Assembly: GCA_038727095.1 (NCBI GenBank)
Contig: JAVYWK010000002.1
Span: 46,336 to 110,335 of the forward strand
Length of the DNA stretch: 64,000 bases
DNA from: Thermofilaceae archaeon
GTDB taxonomy: Archaea > Thermoproteota > Thermoprotei > Thermofilales > Thermofilaceae
Reading direction: 5' to 3'
Shown: positions 47,552-56,568 of the stretch, one piece after another
Layout: each line of letters starts with the position of its first letter
How positions within the stretch are numbered: the first letter of the stretch is position 1
Notes under the pieces: generated by a model
What the model was told of the DNA's origin: nothing
What the model saw: only the letters and a program-made list of their open reading frames with translations
The model's database searches: none
Translations under genes and position numbers: made by a program

Positions 47552-50038
47552 GTGGGCTCGCAGAGAGCAAAGGCGCTGTACTTGCTTGACGTGGAGTATG
47601 ATGGCAAGCTTGGTAAGGCCGTCATGAAGTTCTACGACGAAGAAGAGGGCAGACTAGTCGAGCTGCCAGATGGCAACGGACATAAGCCTTACCTCCTCAC
47701 GGATCTCTCGCCTGAAGCGTTGGTACAAAAGCACCCTGACGTGTTGAAGCACAGGGGGTTTGATCACTTAGAAGTGGTTGAGAAGTATGATCCTCTACAG
47801 GATAGAAACGTACTAATGACCAAGGTTATAGCAAGAGACCCATTGTCTATTGGTGGTACCCGCGGAGCGCTGAGGGAGTTGCTTAAGGATCACGCTTGGG
47901 AGGCTAGAATCAGGTATCACCACTGTTACGCATACGATACGGGGCTAATTCCTGGAATGCCCTATGTGCTGTCTGGCGAAGGAGTGAAAGCTATTGATGT
48001 AGAGATCCCTGAAAGCATCATCACCGAATTGAGGAAGCTCTACGGTAGCGACGAAGAGCAGCTTCGTAGAGCTCTAGAGTGGGCGAAACTGTTCCAGGCG
48101 CCTGTCCCACTCATCAAGCGGGTCTCGCTCGACATAGAGGTGTACTCGCCGGAGCCTAATAGGGTTCCTAGACCCAACGAGGCTCCCTACCCAGTGATAG
48201 CGGTTTCCCTCTGCGCGTCGGACGGGTATAAGCGCACCCTACTACTGGTGCGCCCGGAACTGGGAGACCCCGTCCCGCTTGAGAACGTCGAGTACTTCAA
48301 CAGTGAGCGCGAGCTATTGCGGAGAGCCTTTGAAATCCTGAGAAAATACCCCGTAGTACTTACGTTTAATGGCGACGCATTCGACTTGCCTTACCTTAGG
48401 ATCCGAGCCCTTAAGCTCGGCTTTAGCGAGGATGAGATTCCAGTAAGGTGGGAGCGAGGTGCCGATTACGCGAGACTGAAGAGCTCGCTTCACATAGACC
48501 TTTACAAGTTCTTCACGAATAAATCGATGAAGACCTACGCTTTCGGGGGGAAGTACAGAGAGGGGCGTTCTCTAGATGAGATTTCCGAGGCGCTCCTGGG
48601 AGTGGGAAAGGTCAAACCGGATAGGCCGATCCCCTCGCTAAGCTACACGGAGCTAGCGAAGTACAGCTTAAGAGACGCTGAGTTAACTTACGCTTTGACG
48701 TCCTTCAACGACGACCTGGTGCTAAAGCTCATGGTGCTCATGATGAGAGTCTCTAAGCTCGGCGTAGAGGATTTAACAAGGCACAACATATCAACCTGGA
48801 TTCGCAGCCTCCTCCACTACGAACATAGAAGGCGTGGGTACCTGATACCCAACGAGGAGGATATCCGCAAGTACAAGGGTTACACGGACACCCGTGCCGT
48901 CATAAAAGGGAAGAAGTACCTAGGAGCGGTCGTAATCGACCCGCCGAAGGGTATATTCTTCAACGTGACGGTCGTCGACTTCGCATCGCTATACCCGTCA
49001 GTAATCAAAAGGTGGAACCTTTCTTATGAAACCGTAAGGTGCCCGCACGAAGACTGCAAGAGCAACACGATACCCGGGTTGAGCCACTGGGTGTGTACGA
49101 AGCAGAAAGGCATAATGTCGGAAATTGTCGGCTTCCTCAGGGATTTCAGAGTTCACATTTACAAGAAACTTGCGAAAACGGAAGACGATCCCATGAGGAA
49201 GAGGCACTACGACGTCGTACAAAGCGCGCTTAAGGTCTTCATCAACGCGAGCTACGGCGTCTTCGGGGCAGAAACGTTCCCCTTGTACTGTCCACCGGTG
49301 GCGGAAGCAACGACAGCGCTCGGACGCTACCTGATGGTTCAAACCTTGAGAAGGGCGCTGGAACTGGGCCTACCAGTCCTATACGGCGACACAGATTCCC
49401 TCTTCCTCTGGAACCCCCAGTCGAGCAAGCTAGACGAATTGATCAGCTGGGTGAGAGACTTACAAGTCGACCTTGACATCGATAAGAGGTACGTGTGGGT
49501 CGCGTTCAGTGGTCGCAAGAAAAACTACGTTGGGATTCTCGACAACGGGCTAGTTGACGCCAAAGGGATTGTCGGTAAGAAACGGAACACACCGGAACTG
49601 ATCAAGGGTTTCGTGATGCAGGTCATCGATCTCCTGAGTGCAACCAACGATCTTCAACAGCTGGATAACGCTATTGAAGAGTTAAAGAAGTTCACCTACG
49701 AGTATTATATGAAGCTGAAAAAGAAGGAAGTACCTCTTAGCGACCTTATATTTAAAGTGGCGTTAACGAAGCCTCTGGCGAGCTACGTGAAGACTACCCC
49801 TCAACACGTTAAAGCGGCCAGGCAGTTACAAAGGATGGGGATGAAGGTGGAAGTGGGAGATATCATCTTCTTCGTCAAGGTTAGGGGAAGCGAGGGAGTC
49901 AAAGCCGTTCAGCTAGCAAGAATAGACGAAATCGATCCAGACAAATACATAGAGCACCTTAGGACGGCTCTGGAGCAGGTTCTAGAGGCTTTGGGAACAT
50001 CCTTTGACGAAATCATCACGGGAGCACAGCTGCTCTAA
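47552..50038 (+). CDS. polB1: Family B DNA polymerase, crenarchaeal PolB1 type
   Basis: GHKPYLLTD, DIEV, TFNGDAFDLPY, KGKKYLGAVV, DFASLYPS, NASYGVFG, YGDTDS. Confidence 0.95.
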   Translation: MGSQRAKALYLLDVEYDGKLGKAVMKFYDEEEGRLVELPDGNGHKPYLLTDLSPEALVQKHPDVLKHRGFDHLEVVEKYDPLQDRNVLMTKVIARDPLSIGGTRGALRELLKDHAWEARIRYHHCYAYDTGLIPGMPYVLSGEGVKAIDVEIPESIITELRKLYGSDEEQLRRALEWAKLFQAPVPLIKRVSLDIEVYSPEPNRVPRPNEAPYPVIAVSLCASDGYKRTLLLVRPELGDPVPLENVEYFNSERELLRRAFEILRKYPVVLTFNGDAFDLPYLRIRALKLGFSEDEIPVRWERGADYARLKSSLHIDLYKFFTNKSMKTYAFGGKYREGRSLDEISEALLGVGKVKPDRPIPSLSYTELAKYSLRDAELTYALTSFNDDLVLKLMVLMMRVSKLGVEDLTRHNISTWIRSLLHYEHRRRGYLIPNEEDIRKYKGYTDTRAVIKGKKYLGAVVIDPPKGIFFNVTVVDFASLYPSVIKRWNLSYETVRCPHEDCKSNTIPGLSHWVCTKQKGIMSEIVGFLRDFRVHIYKKLAKTEDDPMRKRHYDVVQSALKVFINASYGVFGAETFPLYCPPVAEATTALGRYLMVQTLRRALELGLPVLYGDTDSLFLWNPQSSKLDELISWVRDLQVDLDIDKRYVWVAFSGRKKNYVGILDNGLVDAKGIVGKKRNTPELIKGFVMQVIDLLSATNDLQQLDNAIEELKKFTYEYYMKLKKKEVPLSDLIFKVALTKPLASYVKTTPQHVKAARQLQRMGMKVEVGDIIFFVKVRGSEGVKAVQLARIDEIDPDKYIEHLRTALEQVLEALGTSFDEIITGAQLL

Positions 50039-50373
50039 GTCGGGTTACTGCTCAACGCATTAGCTATTCTACGCCGCGCCCCCTCAAAGTCTGGTTTTCC
50101 ATTTTCATCGAGGGGTACGCGTGTGAGCACATGCACGATTCGCTCCCCACTTTCGATGAAAACTTGAGGCACATCCGCACCCCCCAGTTCATCCACTTCC
50201 CCATACTTGGTCAAGTACATCCAATCATCCTTTCTTATTTCGAACTGAACTCCAACTTTAGCGGCCTCTTCTTCGCATATTTTAGCTACCTTATCGGAGA
50301 AAGGCGCCCAATCCGTGGTCACAAGCACCAGCTTTTTGTGACTGCCCTGCATAGGGATCAATCGGCTGGCCAT
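50035..50373 (-). CDS. Thioredoxin/glutaredoxin-like fold protein lacking CxxC
   Basis: LVLVTTDWAPFS at the active-site position; DVPQVF cis-Pro loop. Confidence 0.6.
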   Translation of the reverse strand: MASRLIPMQGSHKKLVLVTTDWAPFSDKVAKICEEEAAKVGVQFEIRKDDWMYLTKYGEVDELGGADVPQVFIESGERIVHVLTRVPLDENGKPDFEGARRRIANALSSNPT

Positions 50374-50388
50374 TATATACGTTTTTCT

Positions 50389-50754
50389 CTATTCTTCCTC
50401 TTTTAAAAGCTCGCTGATAGTTTTTACCTTTCCTTTCTTTTTATAAACTATTTTTGTCTCCAATCGTATAGGATACCCTAACTCGCTGAAAATCCCATAT
50501 ATAGTTTCAGCGTCCAATGGACCACTTATTTTACCTTGCACTAACAACTGCCCCAGCATCTCTGCTACTTTCTGCGCCAAGGATGGATACTGCATCAATG
50601 CTCGGTTGAACATCTCCTTCCCATCTTCGCTTAAATTATCGTAGAACAGCTTCACGTAGTCTACTTTCTCCTCCTTTTGTGAAGGCTGCCTCGTCATCAG
50701 TTTACGCTTCATGTCGAGCATCATCTTACGCAGTAGAAAGTCCTCCTCCGCCAT
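50389..50754 (-). CDS. PDCD5/TFAR19-like dsDNA-binding protein (divergent)
   Basis: LSEDGKEMFNRA..QYPSLAQKV..L..L..QGKI..PLD pattern; basic C-terminus. Confidence 0.65.
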   Translation of the reverse strand: MAEEDFLLRKMMLDMKRKLMTRQPSQKEEKVDYVKLFYDNLSEDGKEMFNRALMQYPSLAQKVAEMLGQLLVQGKISGPLDAETIYGIFSELGYPIRLETKIVYKKKGKVKTISELLKEEE

Positions 50755-50807
50755 AAACCCAGCTCTTCGGTATGCTACGCTAGATAAGCGTTTCTCAGCG
50801 CATGGGA

Positions 50808-50830
50808 GAAAAAAACAAAAAATTGTTTTT
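50808..50830 (-). terminator. Oligo(T) terminator after the CC1-like gene
   Basis: Minus strand TTTTTTGTTTTTTT about 25 nt after the stop. Confidence 0.55.
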
Positions 50831-50850
50831 ATTGCGATCTTCTATATTGT

Positions 50851-51030
50851 TTACTTTTTAGTTACGTGTTTCTCTACTTCCTCTTTACTAAGGAATCTGA
50901 AGACCTTTATTCCAGTTTCTTCACTCTGGCCGGTTACAGCCCATCGACCGTTCTTAAGCTGCACGAACTGGGGGTTCTTGATGCGCACTTTCTTCCTAGC
51001 TTTTACGTCGAATGCGTACCACTCCGCCAT
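50851..51030 (-). CDS. Small basic chromatin protein, CC1/DUF5679-like (59 aa), not in the ORF track
   Basis: MAEWYAFDVKARKKVRIKNPQFVQLKNGRWAVTGQSEETGIKVFRFLSKEEVEKHVTKK; GGGAG SD, TTAAATAA box, oligo-T terminator. Confidence 0.85.
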   Translation of the reverse strand: MAEWYAFDVKARKKVRIKNPQFVQLKNGRWAVTGQSEETGIKVFRFLSKEEVEKHVTKK

Positions 51031-51254
51031 GTTTTCTCCCGGTATAACTGCTTAACCTCTCTTATTTAAGTGCAGTGCAATCCTGAAACTTGAATATTGT
51101 ACACTGCTTTGATACTTGACGATTGTTAAAGTACAAAATTGATGCTATAGTGCTGTCCTACAGCACGTGATCTATGGAAAAATATGAACTATTATTCTTA
51201 TAATTTCTGTGATTAGCACTGGGTTATCGAGATTTTTCACAAAATAAGGGTCAA

Positions 51255-52265
51255 CTAAACGATGTTGAGGAGCGTGCGATTAAAGTCGGGTAGCTCTTCA
51301 ACTAGGCGGTGTTGAGCGCCGGTAAGCTCAGCGACCAGCAGCGATGTTTCAGAGCCTTGACGCCCCCGAAATAGGAGGACCGCAGGTATGCTGCTGCAAC
51401 TTTCTGGTACTACAGCCTTGAGTATAGTTCCATCGTCGCTTACAATCTCATGGGGTTTTGCTGAAATAACCCCTCTTCTATAGAGCCTCAGCCGCGTCTG
51501 GTAGGAATCCTTGCTTTTTGCAGGGCAGAAGTGCAAGCTTACGTTGTACCCCTTTGCCTTCGTGGCCTCGATCAGTCTAAGCGCTGTTTCACGACTACCC
51601 TTAGCGCTCCTCCCGTTATCAGAGATGCTAAATCCCCTTTTCCTAAGCTCACTACTGTTGCTCTCCGAGAATTCAAGCTCATTCAAATTTACAAAATTTA
51701 CCGCGTCGGAGGTTGCTGCCCTCTCTATCAGATTCAAGGCTTCGTTGAAACCACCCGGGATCACTGGTATTTCCAATCCAACGTCAAACGATGGTCTCTT
51801 CTCTCTTAATAAACTAAGAAGTTTTCCTACATGGTGAGGGTCGGGGTGAAGGCGCAACTCGTCCAACCCCGCCCTCTCCAGCTTGCCGATTATGTCGGCA
51901 TCTAAGATCACTCCCGTCGTGTATAGGTGCACGTGAAAGCGCTCACCGAAAGTGCCCTTCAAGGTTTGTAACACGGTTAGTGTTCTCTCAAACCTCGATA
52001 GCGGATCACCTCCAGTAAGCCCAGCCCCCCTGCTCCCTGAGGTTGCTACCTCCGCGATCACTTCATTGAGCCCTTTAACGGGACGCTCGTTAACGTAGAA
52101 CACATCACGCATCCTTTTCTCCAGGCTGAGTGGGCAGTAGTAGCATGAGCGTGGGCAGATGCCGGTGACGAAGATTACGCTTTTCAACCCGAGCAAGCAT
52201 AGCTGGCAACCGTGCGGCAAACGGCCGTAAACTACGTTGCCGGAATACAGTTTAGCGGTTTTCAT
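51255..52265 (-). CDS. Radical SAM protein (COG2108-like)
   Basis: GCQLC, TGICPRSCYYCP, LTGGDP, NLNELEFSESN. Confidence 0.9.
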   Translation of the reverse strand: MKTAKLYSGNVVYGRLPHGCQLCLLGLKSVIFVTGICPRSCYYCPLSLEKRMRDVFYVNERPVKGLNEVIAEVATSGSRGAGLTGGDPLSRFERTLTVLQTLKGTFGERFHVHLYTTGVILDADIIGKLERAGLDELRLHPDPHHVGKLLSLLREKRPSFDVGLEIPVIPGGFNEALNLIERAATSDAVNFVNLNELEFSESNSSELRKRGFSISDNGRSAKGSRETALRLIEATKAKGYNVSLHFCPAKSKDSYQTRLRLYRRGVISAKPHEIVSDDGTILKAVVPESCSSIPAVLLFRGRQGSETSLLVAELTGAQHRLVEELPDFNRTLLNIV

Positions 52266-52698
52266 CGAGATCTACCATCATTACGTAGGCATCTTCGCCG
52301 TTGGGGTAGTAGTTGTTTATGACGCCCACGGTTCTAAAGCCTAGCTTCTTGTAAAGATTTATAGCAGGCTCATTGCTCACCTTCACTTCTAGCCTAACAG
52401 CTTTAGCCCCCCTCTGTCGCATCCTCTTCAAAAGCTCGCTTAGAAGCTTTTCGGCAATTCCCATCCGCCTGAACGACGGATGAACTGCAATGGAGATCAC
52501 GTGCCCTCCACCCCACTTGGTGAGCACGCCGATCGCATAGCCTATCACGCGGCCTTCAACTTCAGCTACAAGGAAAGTTTCACGCGCTAAACTGAAGTAC
52601 AACTGTAGGAGAAAGGGTTCGTAAGCTTCGCTTCCGAAGCTTAACGTTTCTATGTCGTAAACATCCGTTAAGTCCTCTTTCCTCGCCTCCCTAATCAC
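52252..52698 (-). CDS. rimI: RimI/Ard1-like GNAT N-acetyltransferase
   Basis: HVISIAVHPSFRRMGIA, LEVKVSNEPAINLYKKLGF, YYPNGEDA; GTG start overlapping the upstream TAG. Confidence 0.92.
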   Translation of the reverse strand: MIREARKEDLTDVYDIETLSFGSEAYEPFLLQLYFSLARETFLVAEVEGRVIGYAIGVLTKWGGGHVISIAVHPSFRRMGIAEKLLSELLKRMRQRGAKAVRLEVKVSNEPAINLYKKLGFRTVGVINNYYPNGEDAYVMMVDLDENR

Positions 52699-52961
52699 TA
52701 ATCCTTCAGCTGCTCCAGCAGCGCTATCACTTGCCATATCAACGTCCTCGCATACAATGGAGCATTAGGGTCTAGTGAGGCTTCGTCAAGCTTCGAAATA
52801 GCATTCGCCGCCCTCAGGCCCAGCGAAAGCTTGGCGTCGTTTAGAACCTCTATAGATTCGGCGGCAAGCCGTCTGATGTTTCGGGGAATCCCTCGATCTT
52901 CCACCAGCTTCCGCAGTAAATCTACCGCCTGCCTCAGTTGGACAGCTTCACTCATACTCAT
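52698..52961 (-). CDS. UPF0147 family protein
   Basis: DRGIPRNIRR, AISKLDE..DPNAP..RTLIW. Confidence 0.92.
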   Translation of the reverse strand: MSMSEAVQLRQAVDLLRKLVEDRGIPRNIRRLAAESIEVLNDAKLSLGLRAANAISKLDEASLDPNAPLYARTLIWQVIALLEQLKD

Positions 52962-53070
52962 CACGCTGCAGAAAGGGTAGAAGTATAAAAGTTTCTTGCG
53001 AGGCACTCACGCATACCTCAATCCCAAGCACAAGCCTCTTCTTATGGCTCGCGACAGCCCCTCCGTGCCA

Positions 53071-54564
53071 ATGGAGAGAGGGGTTAGAGTGCGGGGGATT
53101 TTCTCCACGGCCCTTGCCCGTCTTCTGATCGATAACGGCATCAAGATCGTCGATGCTAGCCCCCAGCTTAAGGAGCGATTCGGCAATGAGGTGGAGGAGA
53201 AAGGGATAGCACTAGTCACGATTAAGGATCGAGACGACCGCGCTGGGCTCGTTGTTATCGGTCAAAAACAGCTGGCGGAAGACGTTCTGGGAATCTTACG
53301 TAGCGTAGCAGCAAGGTCTCCCATAGTACCGATGGTGGAGGAGCTCTACGCTACGTACGTTTGCAAAGTTGTAGGGCCGAACACCGTGGAGCTGCCGGGA
53401 AAGCGTAAGGGCGTGCTCGAAGATGGTGCGACAGTGGGCGAACTCGTGACCGCGCACGTAGTAACTTTCCATGAGGGGACGCCCGTACTGAGGCGGGGGG
53501 TCGCGCTCGTAGGCGAATACGCACGGCTAGTGGAGGGGCAGTCCCACGAGGTTAGTGAGCACATTAGGGGGGTGCAGCGGAGCCTGCTCCTATCGATGGC
53601 CATGAGAGCCGGCTTAGAGGGTTGGGGGGTCAAGTGGAGGAGCTCAGCTCGCTGGGCGGAAATGAGCGAGTTGCTGGATGAGCTACAGTCGCTAAAGGAG
53701 GCAGCATCACGCGAGAAGGAGAAAGCACGTGAAGCCACGCAACCCATCAAACTAACGGACGGCGAGCTGTTAGCATTCATACCTCTCTCACTTGAAGATA
53801 AAGTGCGCTTCGACAACCTTCGCGCGAAGCAAGTCCCCACGATCCCCTTGCACCACCTCTTTAAGGCCTGCGGGAGCAGGTACTCCAATCTAGTCGATGA
53901 GGCCGAGAACGTGTTTCTGAAGCACTGCAAGCCCGAGCACCTATCCAAAGCCTTGATGGAGGAAGTGACAAAGGAGTTCACGGCGGGCAGGCTCCGGCTT
54001 CTCCACGAGAAGATCGATGGTAGGGTAGCGGTAATAGAGGGAGAGTACGAGGTGCTCGCAAGATGGCCGCTCACGTTAAAGCTGGTTAGGAGAGCTCGTA
54101 CGCCAGGTACCTATGATGGCCTCGAGATACCGAAGGAGGAGGGGGATGTTATCTTAAGCGTCGCTACGCTCGGATCTTACGTCTTGCCCCACGCGTACTT
54201 TAGCAGTAATGGGCTTCTCAAGGGGGTTTACGTAAACATAAACACGCCGATCGAACCGCGCCCACCAAACGCCCTCTGGTACATAGACCTCTGCGTTGAT
54301 GTTACGTACACCGAAGAGCGTAAGGTGAGAGTGATCGACCTGGAGGAATTGAGGAGCTACCGTACCTATCTCACCGACGAGTGCATCAGCTACTACGAGA
54401 AAATAGCTGCCGAAGTTGCTGGAAAGCTCCGCGAGTTTGAGGCCGTAACCGCCGATAGTGTCTTGGAAGTGTTCGTAGAGCTCGGTAGAAGCTACATCGT
54501 GGACCCGCTGAACTTTACACTACCCGCTAGCTCATCGGCCGCGAGCTTTATAACCCAGACTTAG
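53071..54564 (+). CDS. fau-1: FAU-1 RNA-binding protein/RNase (C-terminal DUF402)
   Basis: VRVRGIFSTAL, WGVKWRSSA, GTYDGL, YVNINTPIE, YIDLCVDV. Confidence 0.9.
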   Translation: MERGVRVRGIFSTALARLLIDNGIKIVDASPQLKERFGNEVEEKGIALVTIKDRDDRAGLVVIGQKQLAEDVLGILRSVAARSPIVPMVEELYATYVCKVVGPNTVELPGKRKGVLEDGATVGELVTAHVVTFHEGTPVLRRGVALVGEYARLVEGQSHEVSEHIRGVQRSLLLSMAMRAGLEGWGVKWRSSARWAEMSELLDELQSLKEAASREKEKAREATQPIKLTDGELLAFIPLSLEDKVRFDNLRAKQVPTIPLHHLFKACGSRYSNLVDEAENVFLKHCKPEHLSKALMEEVTKEFTAGRLRLLHEKIDGRVAVIEGEYEVLARWPLTLKLVRRARTPGTYDGLEIPKEEGDVILSVATLGSYVLPHAYFSSNGLLKGVYVNINTPIEPRPPNALWYIDLCVDVTYTEERKVRVIDLEELRSYRTYLTDECISYYEKIAAEVAGKLREFEAVTADSVLEVFVELGRSYIVDPLNFTLPASSSAASFITQT

Positions 54565-54575
54565 ATGTGACCCCT

Positions 54576-54681
54576 GCGGGGGTGCCCGAGCTAGGTCAAA
54601 GGGGGCGGACCACACCTTAGGCCCAAACTGAGGCTCCGCTGGCGTAGGCCTGCCCGGGTTCGAATCCCGGCCCCCGCACCA
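54576..54681 (+). tRNA. tRNA-Leu(GAG) with non-canonical 18-nt intron at 30/31 (54609-54626), CCA encoded
   Basis: GCGGGGG/CCCCCGC acceptor, long variable arm; splicing gives GCGGA-CTGAGGC-TCCGC; BHB helix GGGC/GCCC with bulges GG|A and AA|A. Confidence 0.9.
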
Positions 54682-54894
54682 TCCTCTTTAGGGTGTAGGA
54701 TAAGCGCTTCAAAGACCCGTACTGGTCCGATTGCTCTGGTGGACAGGCTAAAAAGCGTGTTTCTCTTTTGTTACGGCATAAGGAGAGTTCAACAATCGCG
54801 TGGGCCATTTCTTTGCCTATTCATTGAATTTAACCGGTACGGAGGCTAAACTTCGAACTGTAAAGGTGTTGACGTAAATATTCTTTTGTTTTGA

Positions 54895-56454
54895 TCAAGA
54901 TTCGGAATATCTTACTATCAACTCCTCTAGTTCATTCCTTAGTTGTTCCAGCCTCTCATTGAGTTCGGTTATCCTTCTTCTTCCCTCTGTCTGTGGTATG
55001 AGACCTTTTTCCATGCTAGTTTTTAGCTCATCGAGCCTATTCAAAAGTTTTTCAACTTCAAAAAATATATTATCAACCTTATCTAAGAGCTTTAAACTCT
55101 CCTCACTTTTTAGAGCAACTTCTCTAGCCCTCTTCCTCAGTTCGGTTTCCCGCCGTCTGTACCTAAGTACCGCTTGCCTGTAGGCTTGCCTACTGAGCTT
55201 GCCCCTATCGTACTTGCTCCACGAATCGAGGAAATCGGTGAGGTTACCGTTCCTTTCCTTCAGAACAGCAATTAGCTCGCCAGTCAATTTAACCTCGACT
55301 CTTGCCTCTGTCGGAGCTGCGCGCCCCCCTCTTGATGACATGAAGTAACCCAATGCTGCAATTGCGGCAAAAATCATGGATATGAGCAGGTAGTTCGGCT
55401 GCCGTGAGGGCAGTAGAGACCCTTCACGCATTATGTACGGGTCGACTTCTATTCCTAGTAGTTTACACTCTGGAAGTTTGTAAACGCGATAGTCCCCTTC
55501 CATCGCTGCTTCGCTCAAACCTGTTAGACTGCCGCGCACTTTGAGAATGACCGTAAAGCTTGGCACGTAGTGCCCAATACCGGCGTAAGCCGGGATCAGG
55601 TAGCGGTTACCCTCGGAGAGCAGTGGGCTCGAAAGCTTCACCCATACGAAGGCTAGGTCGCCCTCGTGTGCGGGAGGCGCGAGCAGCGATATACCGATCT
55701 GCGTGCTGTTACCGGTGCGAGTAACCGAGTAGAGAGCTCGCGGATAGGGGCCTAGGAGGCCTCCTACTTCCTCTACGTCGAGGCTTAGTGGGTATGTGAG
55801 GTTTATGCTTTCAGTGTTGTAGCCGGTGATACCCTGCAGCGTAATGTTGTCTATTATTGTAACTCTCTGAGCATCGATTATCAACGTCCTCTCAACCCTC
55901 TTAATGGTAGGGGGTAGGCGAGTAACGCTGAAGCTGAAAGTTAGATTACCCGATGGCTCATCTGCTACCGTGGCACCCCTGATATAGTATCGTAAGCTCT
56001 CGTTGTAACCGGTTGTGACGTTGAAAGGCGATTGAATTACGCTCGGCATTGACGGTAGACCATAGATAGTGAGCGAGAAGTTGCACGGTAGAGTTTCAAT
56101 TGGAGCTAGGGGGGCCGGTAAGCTGAAGACAATGCTGTAATATTCGTATTTAAATGTTCTTAAAACAATATAAATTGTAGTATTTCCTCCCATTTTTGTT
56201 TGAAATATCAGCTTTGATCCTTCGAGAGAGCCGTACGCGACTGCACCATTAGTCACCGCGAAGGCGTATTCGAGAAAGTGAGAGAAGTTCCCAATATCGA
56301 GAGTGAAAGTTGATGTTGGAAGATCTTGAACAGAGAGAGTGAGTATCACGTAGGGCGGCTCAACCCTAGCCTTTGCCTCGACTGAGGGGGCTGCCGTAGC
56401 GCTGAGGGGAACTAGTGTAAGCAACATGATCAGCGTCCACGCTATTCTCCGCAC
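54895..56454 (-). CDS. Single-pass membrane glycoprotein, ribophorin I (RPN1/Ost1)-like
   Basis: Signal peptide, beta-rich ectodomain with many N-x-S/T sites, IKRVERTLII..VTIIDNITL segment, one TM, charged helical C-terminal domain. Confidence 0.6.
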   Translation of the reverse strand: MRRIAWTLIMLLTLVPLSATAAPSVEAKARVEPPYVILTLSVQDLPTSTFTLDIGNFSHFLEYAFAVTNGAVAYGSLEGSKLIFQTKMGGNTTIYIVLRTFKYEYYSIVFSLPAPLAPIETLPCNFSLTIYGLPSMPSVIQSPFNVTTGYNESLRYYIRGATVADEPSGNLTFSFSVTRLPPTIKRVERTLIIDAQRVTIIDNITLQGITGYNTESINLTYPLSLDVEEVGGLLGPYPRALYSVTRTGNSTQIGISLLAPPAHEGDLAFVWVKLSSPLLSEGNRYLIPAYAGIGHYVPSFTVILKVRGSLTGLSEAAMEGDYRVYKLPECKLLGIEVDPYIMREGSLLPSRQPNYLLISMIFAAIAALGYFMSSRGGRAAPTEARVEVKLTGELIAVLKERNGNLTDFLDSWSKYDRGKLSRQAYRQAVLRYRRRETELRKRAREVALKSEESLKLLDKVDNIFFEVEKLLNRLDELKTSMEKGLIPQTEGRRRITELNERLEQLRNELEELIVRYSES

Positions 56455-56568
56455 GGGCTATCTGCGGTAAGTGCACTTTTTAACTTCTTCCTCAACAAGC
56501 ACTGCGTTGGAACGCGGACTCTGTAACGCGCTTGAAGGATTTAAGCCGTCCTGCTGCGGTACGAGTGG

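Noticed and set aside
53346-54074. Long antisense ORFs (also 16013-16642, 36179-36742, 34765-35283)
   Set aside because: Fully overlap well-supported genes on the other strand and are Ser/Thr-rich shadows.
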